NCBI GenBank assembly: GCA_024704765.1
Contig: JAKMXF010000312.1
Location: 62,001-126,000, forward strand
Reading direction: 5' to 3'
Length of the DNA: 64,000 nucleotides
Source of the DNA: Oopsacas minuta
Lineage: Eukaryota; Animalia; Porifera
Shown here: positions 47,689 to 59,100 of the stretch, one piece after another
Position numbering within the stretch: the first letter of the stretch is position 1
Layout: the number at the start of each line of letters is the position of its first letter
Position numbers and translations under genes: made by a program
Notes under the pieces: model-generated
The model's database searches: none
What the model was told of the DNA's origin: nothing
Seen by the model: only the letters and a program-made list of their open reading frames with translations

Positions 47689-48079
47689 ATGTGTTCCAAT
47701 CCTACAGCTGAACAGAACATAGAAATTCTACAAGCTCAAATAGCTGAGGCTTCTAGTGAAGATTCTGATTTAGAGACTGAAGAGACATTAGCTCGTTAGT
47801 TGTTGTTGTTTATCTTTATTTCTGGCTTTATTTACGTTTGTTTACTCTTCAGATCCTGTCTTCCCACGGACCAATCTTCCAGCTTCTAACGATACAATAT
47901 CAAGCACCATGAGTGGGACAAGTAACCTCGGAGGCGACAACTTGCCCCGTGCAAATACCTCACCTCCTGAACAAAAATTTGTTGTAAACAAACAGAGAAT
48001 TTGTTTACTTTTGTTTACACATTCTATTGTGTTGCTCCTGGGGTTGTATATAGGAAGAAGGATACAGCGTTTATTTTGA
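47689..48079 (+). CDS. Small tail-anchored protein, BNIP3/NIX-like (~110 aa; an upstream exon is possible)
   Basis: Exons 47689-47794 and 47853-48079 (phase 1). The C-terminus LLLFTHSIVLLLGLYIGRRIQRLF resembles the BNIP3 anchor LLLSHLLAIGLGIYIGRRL. Confidence 0.55.
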
Positions 48080-48251
48080 ATTATTTGTTTGTTTGATTCT
48101 TGTAATTAATCACTTTGTGTATACATATATCTCCCTCAACCAATCAATTTACAATCTCAGATAGGTGTTAGAAACCATTTTCCACCCTTAGATTATCATA
48201 TGGCTTCAGAACAATCCATAAACTTTTGTTAATCTAATATTAGTACTGTTG

Positions 48252-50646
48252 ATGGCAACGGAATCTCAAGATTGGAATGCGAATATGAAATTTTGCGCTT
48301 CAAATTCAAACCCATCGCCACAAATATTGGATTGGGACTTAACCAATGATCTCATAGCTTTTGGTTCCAATTGCAATATACACATTCTCAGCCAATCAAA
48401 TGGTAACTTTTCTACCCATCAGGTGTTAACGGGTCATACTTCAAATATCAGCTGTTTGAGATGGTTGAGTTATCCCAATACAAAAACAACAACAACAACA
48501 CCTCTAGTTTTGTTGGTAACTGGTACTACTGGAGGGGGGATCAGGGTGTGGGAGAATTCTCCGCTAAAATGTACACAAACTTTTATTTTAGGCGAGAATT
48601 CTATTAATAGTATCTCTGCTAGGATGACTGGTTTAGTCTCACATTTAATAACAGCTGCTTGTTCAGAAGTTGCTATTTTTAGAAGAGATTTGAAGGTGTC
48701 AAATGCCACTTTTGAGGAAATACACCGAATAGATTTTGGCTACAATTACGTATTAGGTGTTGATATAACATATATTGGAACTGGAACTGAATTGGTTCCA
48801 ATTCTAGCTTGCGGTAGTGATAATGGTAAAGTCCATTTGTATAATATTTCTGATTTGACTAAAATTTGTGATTTGCTTGGACACGAAGATTGGATTAGGA
48901 ATGTTGAATTTTGTGAGACATCTGATGGTCAGTACTTAGCAACCGCTTCTCAGGATTGTTATGTGAGAATATGGCGCCTTAATCTTGTAATTGAGTGTGA
49001 AGAATCAGCTGAGTTGAAGATGAAAGAGATTGTTTTCCACACCTCTTCTAGCTCAGGTAGTAAACAAAAATATATACAAACAAACTAATAAACAAACAAT
49101 TAATACATCTATAGGAGTATTGAAGTCATACAAAATACAGCTAGAGACGGTATTACAATGCCATGAGGACTGGTGCTATAGTGTATCATGGGCTCCTGTT
49201 AGTTCCAGTATTAGTTCCAGTTTAAAACTGTTGACAGCTTCTATGGATCGTACAGTGGCTGTGTGGTCTCCAAGTGGCACAGATGGTGTGTGGGAAGAAT
49301 CGATGCGAGCAGGAGAAGTTGGTGGAAACACTTTAGGATTATACGGAGCTAGATTTGGACCTGGAGGTGTTAAAATTGTGTCGCATGGGTACCAGGGGGC
49401 ACTACACCTCTGGGAATATGTGTCTGATAAATGGGAGGGCAGACCTATAGTAGGAGGACATTTTGGGACTGTCAGTGATTTGAGTTGGTCCCCATCTGGA
49501 AAATATTTCATCTCAGTTTCTTCCGATCAAACTGCAAGACTTTGGGCTGAATGGTGTGAAGAGTGGCATGAATTGGCACGCACTCAAATACATGGATACG
49601 ATCTAGTTAGGTGTTGTGCCATATCTGACACAATGTATGTGTCGGCTGCTGATGAGAAAGTGGTTAGAGTATTTAGCTCACCTCTGACATTCATTGATAA
49701 TTTCAAACACCTAACTAACCAATCAATTTCCAGGCCACTTAATGTGCCACTTGGCGCTAATGTTCCAGCTTTAGGTCTGTCTAACAAAGCTGTTTTTAAT
49801 GTGACACAACAAACAAAAGAAAACACCTTTGATGACTTCAAAAACGCGCCACAATTCACACCTTTCAATCTGTCCTCTCCCCCTTTGGAAGAAACTTTAT
49901 TGCAACACACTTTATGGCCAGAAGAGAGGAAGCTATATGGCCACACCTTTGAAGTGTACGCCCTCGCCACCAGTAGAGATGGCACAATAGTGGCATCCGC
50001 CTGTAAAGCTTCTAAACCAGATCAGGCAGGTGTTATATTGTGGTCGGTTGAGAAGTGGTCTCAAATACAGACACTTTCATTCCATACACTCACCATTTCC
50101 AAATTAGCATTTTCAAATAATTCTCAATTGCTGCTAGCAGTTTCACGTGATAGAACATGGTCGCTATGGAAACGCAATGGAATGCAGTTTGAACTAATTT
50201 CTCATTCAAAACTGTCTGTTATGAAGCATACTAGAATTATATGGGACTGTTCTTGGACCATGGATGATGTTTATTTCGCTACAGGCAGCCGAGATATGAA
50301 AATTATTGTTTGGGGTGAGGTTGTCGATTCAAAATGGGATTGTGTCAGTCAGAAACCATTAACACTTGAAGAGGCGGTTACAGCACTTCAATTTTGTCAT
50401 TTTTCTAAACGACACATTCTTGCAGTTGGCCTTGAAAATGGGAAAATCTTAATTGTAACTTTTTGTGAAGAGACCAAGGATCTGAATATCGTAAAATTTC
50501 TTGATGAGTATCATGCTGCTATGGTAACCTGTATTGCATGGAGACCAGAATCAACAATTGGAATGCATAGAAATTATCAGCTGGCAACTTCTAGTGCAGA
50601 TTATTCAGTTAGAATTTATAATATATCACCTCCAAATATTGTGTGA
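48252..50646 (+). CDS. ELP2: Elongator complex protein 2 (WD40)
   Basis: Exons 48252-49056 and 49115-50646. Motifs GHEDWIR, LATASQDCYVRIW, EVGGNTLG, ELARTQIHGYD, ANVPALGLSNKA, TLWPEERKLYGH. Confidence 0.95.
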
Positions 50647-51181
50647 ATTTATTCTCTATTAAATATCTATTTCTACTTGCCTCGATTTATATGTTGTAAT
50701 GTATTATATTCGATGGATCAGCTGATTTCTAATACACCTTAACCAAAATATCCAAACAGAATAATACACATATTTTCCACCATCTGCATATACTCATTTA
50801 TATAGATATTACAAGATTGTGTTAAAATTCAGTGCCTTTGGTGATATAACACTATTTGTATTTCAAAGAGGTGCTAATATTATACTAGCATGCTATTATC
50901 GATAAGAAGCAGAGCGAATAATTGTCTACATAGCGATAGCTTCTTATTTTTACTTCCTATCTCACATGTTATTTGATTATTGGAATATTTTTGTCCAGAG
51001 GACGAAGTTGGATGGATGACAATATCTAGTTTACCCTTTCTGATAATCAAATTTGTATTTATTAATATTTGCATTTTCTGGTTAAAAATAATAACTTCTT
51101 TCCTCAAATTTAACTGATATAATATATTTTCAAACAAATAATGAGAGCTCTGTAAATATTGGCAACTGCCCCGCTCAATCA

Positions 51182-51547
51182 GATGCGTATCCTTCAAAGG
51201 TTGACGAAAACGAGACTTATTCATTGGAGAAAGTTCCTGATAATTAGACAATTATTCCTAATAGAGTCTAGCACTCTACTTATACGTAATACCCCTATCT
51301 ACTCTACTTATACGTAATACCCCTATCTACTCTACTTATACGTAATACCCCTATCTACTCTACTTATACGTAATACCCCTATCTACTCTACTTATACGTA
51401 ATACCCCTATCTACTCTACTTATACGTAATACCCCTATTTACTCTACTTATACGTAATACCCCTATCTACTCTACTTATACGTAATACCCCTATCTACTC
51501 TACTTCTTTAAAGTCATTTGAACTTTCTACCTTTTGTATATTCTTTT
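51182..51547 (+). repeat. Inverted copy of the last codons and 3' UTR of the minus-strand receptor gene (matches ~52999-53169)
   Basis: Reads PSKVDENETYSLEKVPDN* versus PSKVDENETYALEKIPDN*, followed by alignable UTR. Confidence 0.85.
51273..51505 (+). repeat. 28-bp minisatellite (actctacttatacgtaatacccctatct) x8 plus a partial unit
   Basis: Units start at 51273, 51301, 51329, 51357, 51385, 51413, 51441, 51469; no spacers. Confidence 0.97.
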
Positions 51548-52049
51548 TGTTTGTCCGAATTTATCATTATACCACTTTGTTATTGTTGGGTAGATTATTT
51601 CTTGGTGTTTGTGAAGTTTTTATTCCTCTCCTTGTTAATCATTGGTTATAAGGTCTTATGCAATCCATTTTCGTTGTTGTTATATTTTTGTTGATATGTT
51701 GAAGTGACTTTATTTACTCGCATACTTGACACATAAATATTCGCGTTCCCTTGTGAAGATATTGATGTTCTTAATATGTGTGTAATCTTATGATAATACA
51801 TTATTAATGCATTTCATTGAGGCATATTTCTATCGTAGAATGAATAGAATCTCTTTGTTTGAAGGTATCACGCATGTGATTACAGTGTCTATCAACATTG
51901 AATGATTCAAATACATTACAAATATTGGAGTATTGCACATGTCTATTGTTATCAGTGCACAACCATATCTCTAATAATTGTAGTCACAGAATCATAAAAT
52001 ATTGAATTATATAAAACGCGAATTTTATGCAACTCGACAATATAAATCT

Positions 52050-52571
52050 ATGGCGTTTAATCCCAGAGTACAGATCATCGTATTTGGAATAGTCGCAATA
52101 TTTTGGGCTGGATTAAGTACTCAGATTGTCATGTACAAGTCAATCTTAGGTGTTAGCCAACTTTACGAATTTCTCAGTCATCCCAATGCTTCTACTATTA
52201 TAAATCATGACTCGTATGTGTATATGGGAGTTGAGGGAATTGTCACGTCTTTTCTACAGACCTTAGCGCTTATGTTTATCATCATAGGGTCCTTTAGTTC
52301 CATGATTGATCTAGAAAGAACTCAAATATTTTCGAAATTACTATTGACATTTTCAGAATGTGTACTTCTGCTGTGTGTAGGGTTTAGCATAGCAAGTTCA
52401 GTTCTTGATATTAACAGTCCGAAACTTGTATTAGACATAATTGCAGCTGTCGTGTACGGTTTATATTTCCTGTTTATTGCTGTTTATCTTATTCTTTTGC
52501 ATCTTTATGAAGTACAACAAGAAGAAAAAGTTGAAGTAGATGAGGTGTTTATGAGTGAGACTCAAATATAA
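52050..52571 (+). CDS. Small intronless four-TM protein
   Basis: ATG 52050 (MAFNPRV), four hydrophobic segments, acidic tail. Confidence 0.68.
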   Translation: MAFNPRVQIIVFGIVAIFWAGLSTQIVMYKSILGVSQLYEFLSHPNASTIINHDSYVYMGVEGIVTSFLQTLALMFIIIGSFSSMIDLERTQIFSKLLLTFSECVLLLCVGFSIASSVLDINSPKLVLDIIAAVVYGLYFLFIAVYLILLHLYEVQQEEKVEVDEVFMSETQI

Positions 52572-53102
52572 CACGACAAGCCTTAAATAATAATTTATCA
52601 ATATATTGCTCGGTTTAGGAATTATTATTGTATTGTATTATCTAAATATATCCATTCTTGTTGCTGTTTACAATTCGACATACCGGTTATGATATGTAAC
52701 AAAGTATTAATTATCTCTTAAACATTGATAATACAAATATTCACATATATACTAAAACTTGTATCCACTGATCACACAAAGGTATTGCATTGCATTGACC
52801 CAGAGTGATCGCTAACACTAATTGAATATACATTAGAAACAGGATAATTAATATTGTATAAATAGCGTATTCCCCTGATTAAGTCTACTGTAGAATAAAC
52901 TTGTGAAAGGAGTATTAACTTGAATTCAAAACACATCAAAAGGATAATAATAATAACAATAATACCAACAAGAATACCTAACTAATGAAATTCATTAGAA
53001 AAAGAATATACAAAAGGTAGAAAGTGCAAATGACTTTAAAGAAGTAGAGTAAATAGGGGTATTACGTATAGGTAGAGTGCTAGACTTATTAGGACTAGTT
53101 GT

Positions 53103-56100
53103 TTAATTATCAGGAATTTTCTCCAATGCATAAGTCTCGTTTTCATCAACCTTTGAAGGATTCGCATTTCTTGCCTTCTTTGAAAGATATCTCTTCACAC
53201 AGAATGCTGAAAGACAAGCAGTAATGAATAACCCAATAATTATGAGTAACAGAAGGACGATAATTGCAATAAGGAACTTTTCCTGGGTAAGAAAGGCCAG
53301 AGAATCGCTCTGAAAAGCTGCTGGTGTGGATAATACTACAGGCATGAGGGAGTGGTACACAGTCTCAGAATATGTCACTGTAGAATATGCAAACTGAAGA
53401 TCGACACGGATAGTATAGTTGAAGTTAAGAGTTAAGCCAGTTATGCTGAAGTACAGACTCTCAGTGGTACCAGCTAAGTAATAGACATCGTCATATCCGT
53501 AATATATTGAGAATTTCTCATCAGAGAGGGGAGTCTGTTCTGCTAACAAACCCCAGGTAACCAGGATGGAGGTGTCACTAGATGTCACAGCTGTCAGATT
53601 AGTTACAGCTTGTGAATAGGTTGCTAGAGAGAACAGAAAACAATTCAAGATTTTGTAATTTGTTATATATTAACTGAGGAAGTGATTACATTAACATTAC
53701 TCACGAGAAAGAGAGAGTTGGATTTGAATAGCTAGCTTCTGTTTATTGTACCAATCTGTCACATAGAACTTGTATACTCCTACATCTGACTCATCAAAGG
53801 ATAAGAAACTAATTGAATTGTCAGGGATATGAGTGTCATCAGGTCTCTGCCACTTCCCAACAAGATTGGCTGTCATTACTACGTTCTGTGTCTCAACGAT
53901 AATATAAGCTGTGTTTCCGTTAGAAGTGAGTGACTCGAATGTTTGTACTGTCCCCGTATCCACGCTTATGACAGGTGGTCCTGTGAAGTGATAGGAAATG
54001 GAATATCATTATTAGGAATTAATTATAATGAAAAGTGACTAAATTCATATGTTTAATCAACAGAACAAACCTTGCATAGAGATTTCTGCACTCAGAATAT
54101 TATCACTACAAGTTTGATCTAGACATTCCATTAGATAGGTGTCTGTGTATTTGAACAGATTTCCTACTTCTAATACATCTAGAGGATTCTTGAAAATAGG
54201 AAATGACTCACTCTTCATCCAAACCATGTCAGCTGATGAGATGGAGTTGTCAGGTGTGTGACAGAATAGAAATATATCATTATCTACTCCGAGGGTGTAT
54301 AGGTAGGATTCAGATGTCTCAATGACTAAAATGAAAATATTTAAATAGAAATATACAAAACAATGAATTGACTGATGTGTAACCTTGTAAGAGAGTTGTA
54401 TCCAGAATAGCTACAGTGTATGTGTTGCTGATACCATCTGGTTGTTGTGTCACTTCACAGCTGTAGTAACCTGGATTGTCTATGTCCACTGACAATACAT
54501 TAGCTCCTGTTGTGGCATCAATTGTACCAGTTTTAGCAGTAGTACTACTACCAGCTAGATCTCTGTAGCTCCAGGTAACTGCTCCATTCAAACAGTAGAG
54601 ATCTGTGTTTGCAGTCAAGATAGAATTTGTTGATAATAGTCCATATGTTGTCGAATCAATCTTCTCTCCAAATTGATTCACTAAATATTATAGAGAAGGT
54701 TAGAACACGTATATGTTTTGTCAATGTATTTCAATTACAAGGTTAGAAACAATACCTGTAAGATCGATCTGAATAGCTAGTGTTTCCACATTATCCAAAT
54801 CTTTAACATAGAACTCGTACAAGCCCTGATCAGATAGTAGAAAAGTAGGGAATGTGATTGAACTAGCTGTAACCCAAGAGTAATCTGGTAGTCGCCATCT
54901 CCCGACTAGATTTACAGATAGGACGACATTCTGTGAGAGTAGGTCAAGATAAGCTGAATTGGTGTCACCAGGGAGCAGAGGGTAGGATACCACAGATCCT
55001 GCGTTCAGTGTTATGACAGGTGGGCCTGTTCATGAATAGGATAATTACAATACTGATACACTAATGATATAACTCTAATGCACCAACCTTGAATGAGGAT
55101 GTGTACATTGAATATTGGAGTATCATCCAATGCATCTAAACATTCCATTGTGTGAATGTGTCCGTCGTCAGGAATGTCTGCAATGTTTAGAGGGTTCTGC
55201 TTTCTCTCATCTGTATCCATCTCTCTCCAACCGATCTCTCCAAAGGGAACAGAGTTGTCAGGTTTGTGACAGAATAGGAAAGCAATCATTCTGTCTATCT
55301 TGACAGTGTATGTTAATGATTCTGCAGCCTCAACAACTAAAGAATAGAAAAGTAGATAATTATTACATTCTCGCTAAATGGTTGATTGGATAATTGAATG
55401 TTACAACAAGTATTGAGTAGGACATGCACCCAATTATCATAGTTACCTGTATAAATAGAAGGATCGAGAAGTACAAATGTATATGTGGTGATTCTACGAG
55501 ACTGTATTACATCACAGCTGTGATATTGTGATACAGCTATTGAGAATGATCTGAGTGGTGCTCTGACATCATTTGTTTCCTCATCACCATCAAAATCCTG
55601 ATATCTCCAGATTGGTGGTTTCTGTGATGTGCAGTAGACTTCCGAATCAGTAGTTATAATGGAATAATCTTCTAATATAATAGATGAAGGAGTAAGTGCT
55701 CCAAACTCGTGTACTAAAAGAGAAAGTAGACATAATAAATACTGTAGTGAATATTTGGATTATTCGATTAATAGCAATTCCATTTTGACTATATTTTGTT
55801 ACTATCCAAGAACGAAGTGTCACACCAGTTGCATTTCTAGTCACCAGTGGGCGGGGCCGGATTTACCCTGGAGTGGCCCGAAGGCTGGACCATACAAGTG
55901 GGCCGAAACATGGTCGACATTGGTCGGTGCCCCCCAAATTTCAATTATTTTACAAACTAGAAAGTGCCATATTTTTACAGTGCAGGGATTTCTGTCAATA
56001 TTGGGTGGGAATAAATGACTGACCTGAAGTGGCATGATGGTTAATATAACTTATTTCAAAAGTAAACAATGTATAAAATGAACTGAATTGAATTTTGGAA

Positions 56101-59100
56101 TCACACCAAAGAAGAATGTATACTTTTCTAGAACTGATTAGAACCACTAAATCAAGCAAATAGAGATTTTGATAGGGAGTTCAACTTCTTAAGTTCGAAT
56201 TGCAATTATATTTCTAATTTATAAATTTTAGTCTCTAAGAACGACCCTTTTTATAAGTGGCCCGAAGGCTATAGCCTACTTAGCCTAATGGTAAATATGG
56301 CACTGGCAGTGGGTCTGAAGACTTCACTTCACATTTTCACATAACATGCATTAACATATGAAGAAACATACAATCACTGAAGTGCTACCTCGAATGTAAA
56401 TCTGAAAAGCGATTACTTCATTTCCCTTCCAGTCGATCACACGGAACTCGTGTAATCCCTGATCTAAGAAATCGAACTCATTTACAGTTATGGGTGAGTT
56501 CTCTGGTAGAAAGGTGCCATCTACTGTCTTCCATCTCCCAACAATATTAGCTGTCAATGCTACTTTAGAGTTTAATTTCACATAAGCACTGTTTTGATCA
56601 GGAAAGAGTGATGTGAGATATTCGACAGTTCCATCATCGAATGTTATCACTGGTGGACCTGAAAAATACACGATAGATATTTCCAAATCGTATCTGCTCT
56701 AATACGTAACCTCAGACACAAGATATAATGCAATACCAAATCTTTCGGAAATGTAGTTACAAACCTTGTAGCATTATATCAACTACAAGTATAGTCTGAT
56801 TGTTAGAACTATCTATACACTCTGCAAAGTATTCATTTCTGTATGCAGCTAGTCCGCCTATGTGCATGGGGTTTCGTGAGACATCAGTTGTACCTCGCTC
56901 CCTCCAAAATACGTCTCTAAATTCAGCTGTATTGTCAGACTTATGACAGAACAGGGATGTTTCCTCACTGTCTACTCCCTCTGTATATTTGTAGGTAGAC
57001 GAAGATTCAGCAACTGTGAGTGAAATAGAATTCGTATATCAAAATTCGAGTTATGGCTTAAACTTGAATATTTTGTATAATCTATTACAAACAACATACC
57101 TGTATACACAGACGGGTCCAGAAGAGCGATGATATGTGTAGTAATTGTACCGCTGTCTTGAGCAACTACACAGCTGTAGTAGCCTGACTCCTCTGTGCTT
57201 ATTGACAAATAGCTTATCCCAGTGATTGGGTCTGTTTCAGAAGGTCTAGATGTACAATAGTTGTCAAGATCTGTATAACTCCATGATACCTGTGGATTAT
57301 ATACACTAGTCTCTGTAATGCAATACAGAGTTTTGCTAGAAATCAAGATAGAGTTATCCTCTATGGATTGGTGTGTATTTGAAGCATCGATTTCTCCAAA
57401 TGGATACACTATAAGAGATTTGAATAGATTAATATCGATGAATTGAAGCGATATATTAATTGCTTACCTTTGAGTAAGATCTGAATTGCTAGTTTATGTT
57501 CATTCTCCCAAGAGATTACAAAGAATTTGTACAATCCCTGATTGGATGTCTCAAAAGTAGGGAATGTAATGGTTGTATCTTCAATGAAGCTACCATCTGG
57601 TAGTTGCCATCTCCCCACCATTAGATTAACAGATAGCATTGCTTGCTCATTGACTTGCAAATATGCTGTGTTAATGTCAGGTATAAGATCTTCATAATTT
57701 ATAGGGGATCCTGTATCTAGTGTTATGACAGGTGGGCCTGTTGAATAGAAGTGATATATCAATAAATTATGTGAATGTAAGTTATAAACGACACTAGAGA
57801 CTATGATATACTTAACAAACTCTCTGAACCAAACTTATACTGTTATATTATGACATACCTTGCTTATAGACGATAGCACGGTAGGTTGTAGATGCTAGAT
57901 AATCACATTTAATCTCAACAAACATATCATTAGAAGAAATACTTCCAATATTTATTGGATTCGAGTCAGGAGTATTAGATGGACCAATTAAGATTCTGAA
58001 AGCAAATAGTTCAAAACCGTCCTGTGAACAAAATAGGAAAGTATTGTCGCTATCAACTCCAGTTGTGTATGTGAAGTCTGTTGACTCACCAATAACTATA
58101 CAAATAAAGTAGAATCAGGGTTTTAGTTAATTTCTTTACACAAGGAATAAAGCCTAAATATCCGAATGTATTATTACAGTCAAAAGCCTATTAGTTTACA
58201 CTGTAAAGAGTATTTTGAGGATAAATAATCCGTTAATTAAATACACTGGTGACAAAATAACCAGCATAAAAAGTGAGGTAATGGTAAAACTGTAAAAGTC
58301 AATCCATTCTGAAGTGAATGCACAAAAATACATTGAATATATGTGATGCTATCCGAAATACATTTACAAATACCTGTATATCTTGATGGATCAAAAACTC
58401 CTATATTGTATATATATAGCCCTGTATCATCAACAAAATTATCTACACAATAATATATTCCAGAATCCTCAATGCTAACTTCAAATAAACTGATACCAGT
58501 TACTGGGTCTACGTCAGCTGCTGTGCGTGTATTAGTACTACTAGTTGTTTCTTTGTAGTTCCATTCTAGCGTTGAAGTCAAAGGTGCTTTGCAGTATAGA
58601 ATCGTGCTAGTTGTCAAAATCGTCTCTGTTACCAAATTTGTGTAAGTATCTTGTATCTTTTGTCCAAATGGATAGACTAAAATATGAATTTGATTAATGG
58701 TCTGAAACTCTAATGCAGCGGTTCCCAACCTAGGGTGTATGGACCCCTTTGTGGTCCACAGAAAAGAGTAGGGATCCACAGGATCTATTGCAGTCTATGG
58801 GAAGGGGTCCACTGGTGAAAAGGTTGGGAATCGCTGCTTTAATGTAATTATGTATGATATAATAATATCATCTTCGTAATGTATATTGGCCTACCTCGAA
58901 GCGTTATATCAAAAACCAAATTTGATTGCTTATCCCAGGTTGTTACATAGAATTCATAAATTCCCTCATTATACACCTCAAAAGATGGAATTGTTATAGA
59001 ACTCTCTGTCACATAACTATCATCTGGTAGTTTCCATGTCCCAAATAGATCCGCACTTATGGTAACGTTCGGAGTTTTATAATTTATTTGAGAAGAGATA

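Noticed and set aside
50880-51251. 123-aa minus-strand ORF downstream of ELP2
   Set aside because: AT-rich and low-information; the meaningful signal here is the plus-strand duplicate of the receptor 3' end.
51273-51505. 28-bp repeat array as a CRISPR
   Set aside because: The units are contiguous with no unique spacers, the context is eukaryotic, and there are no cas genes.
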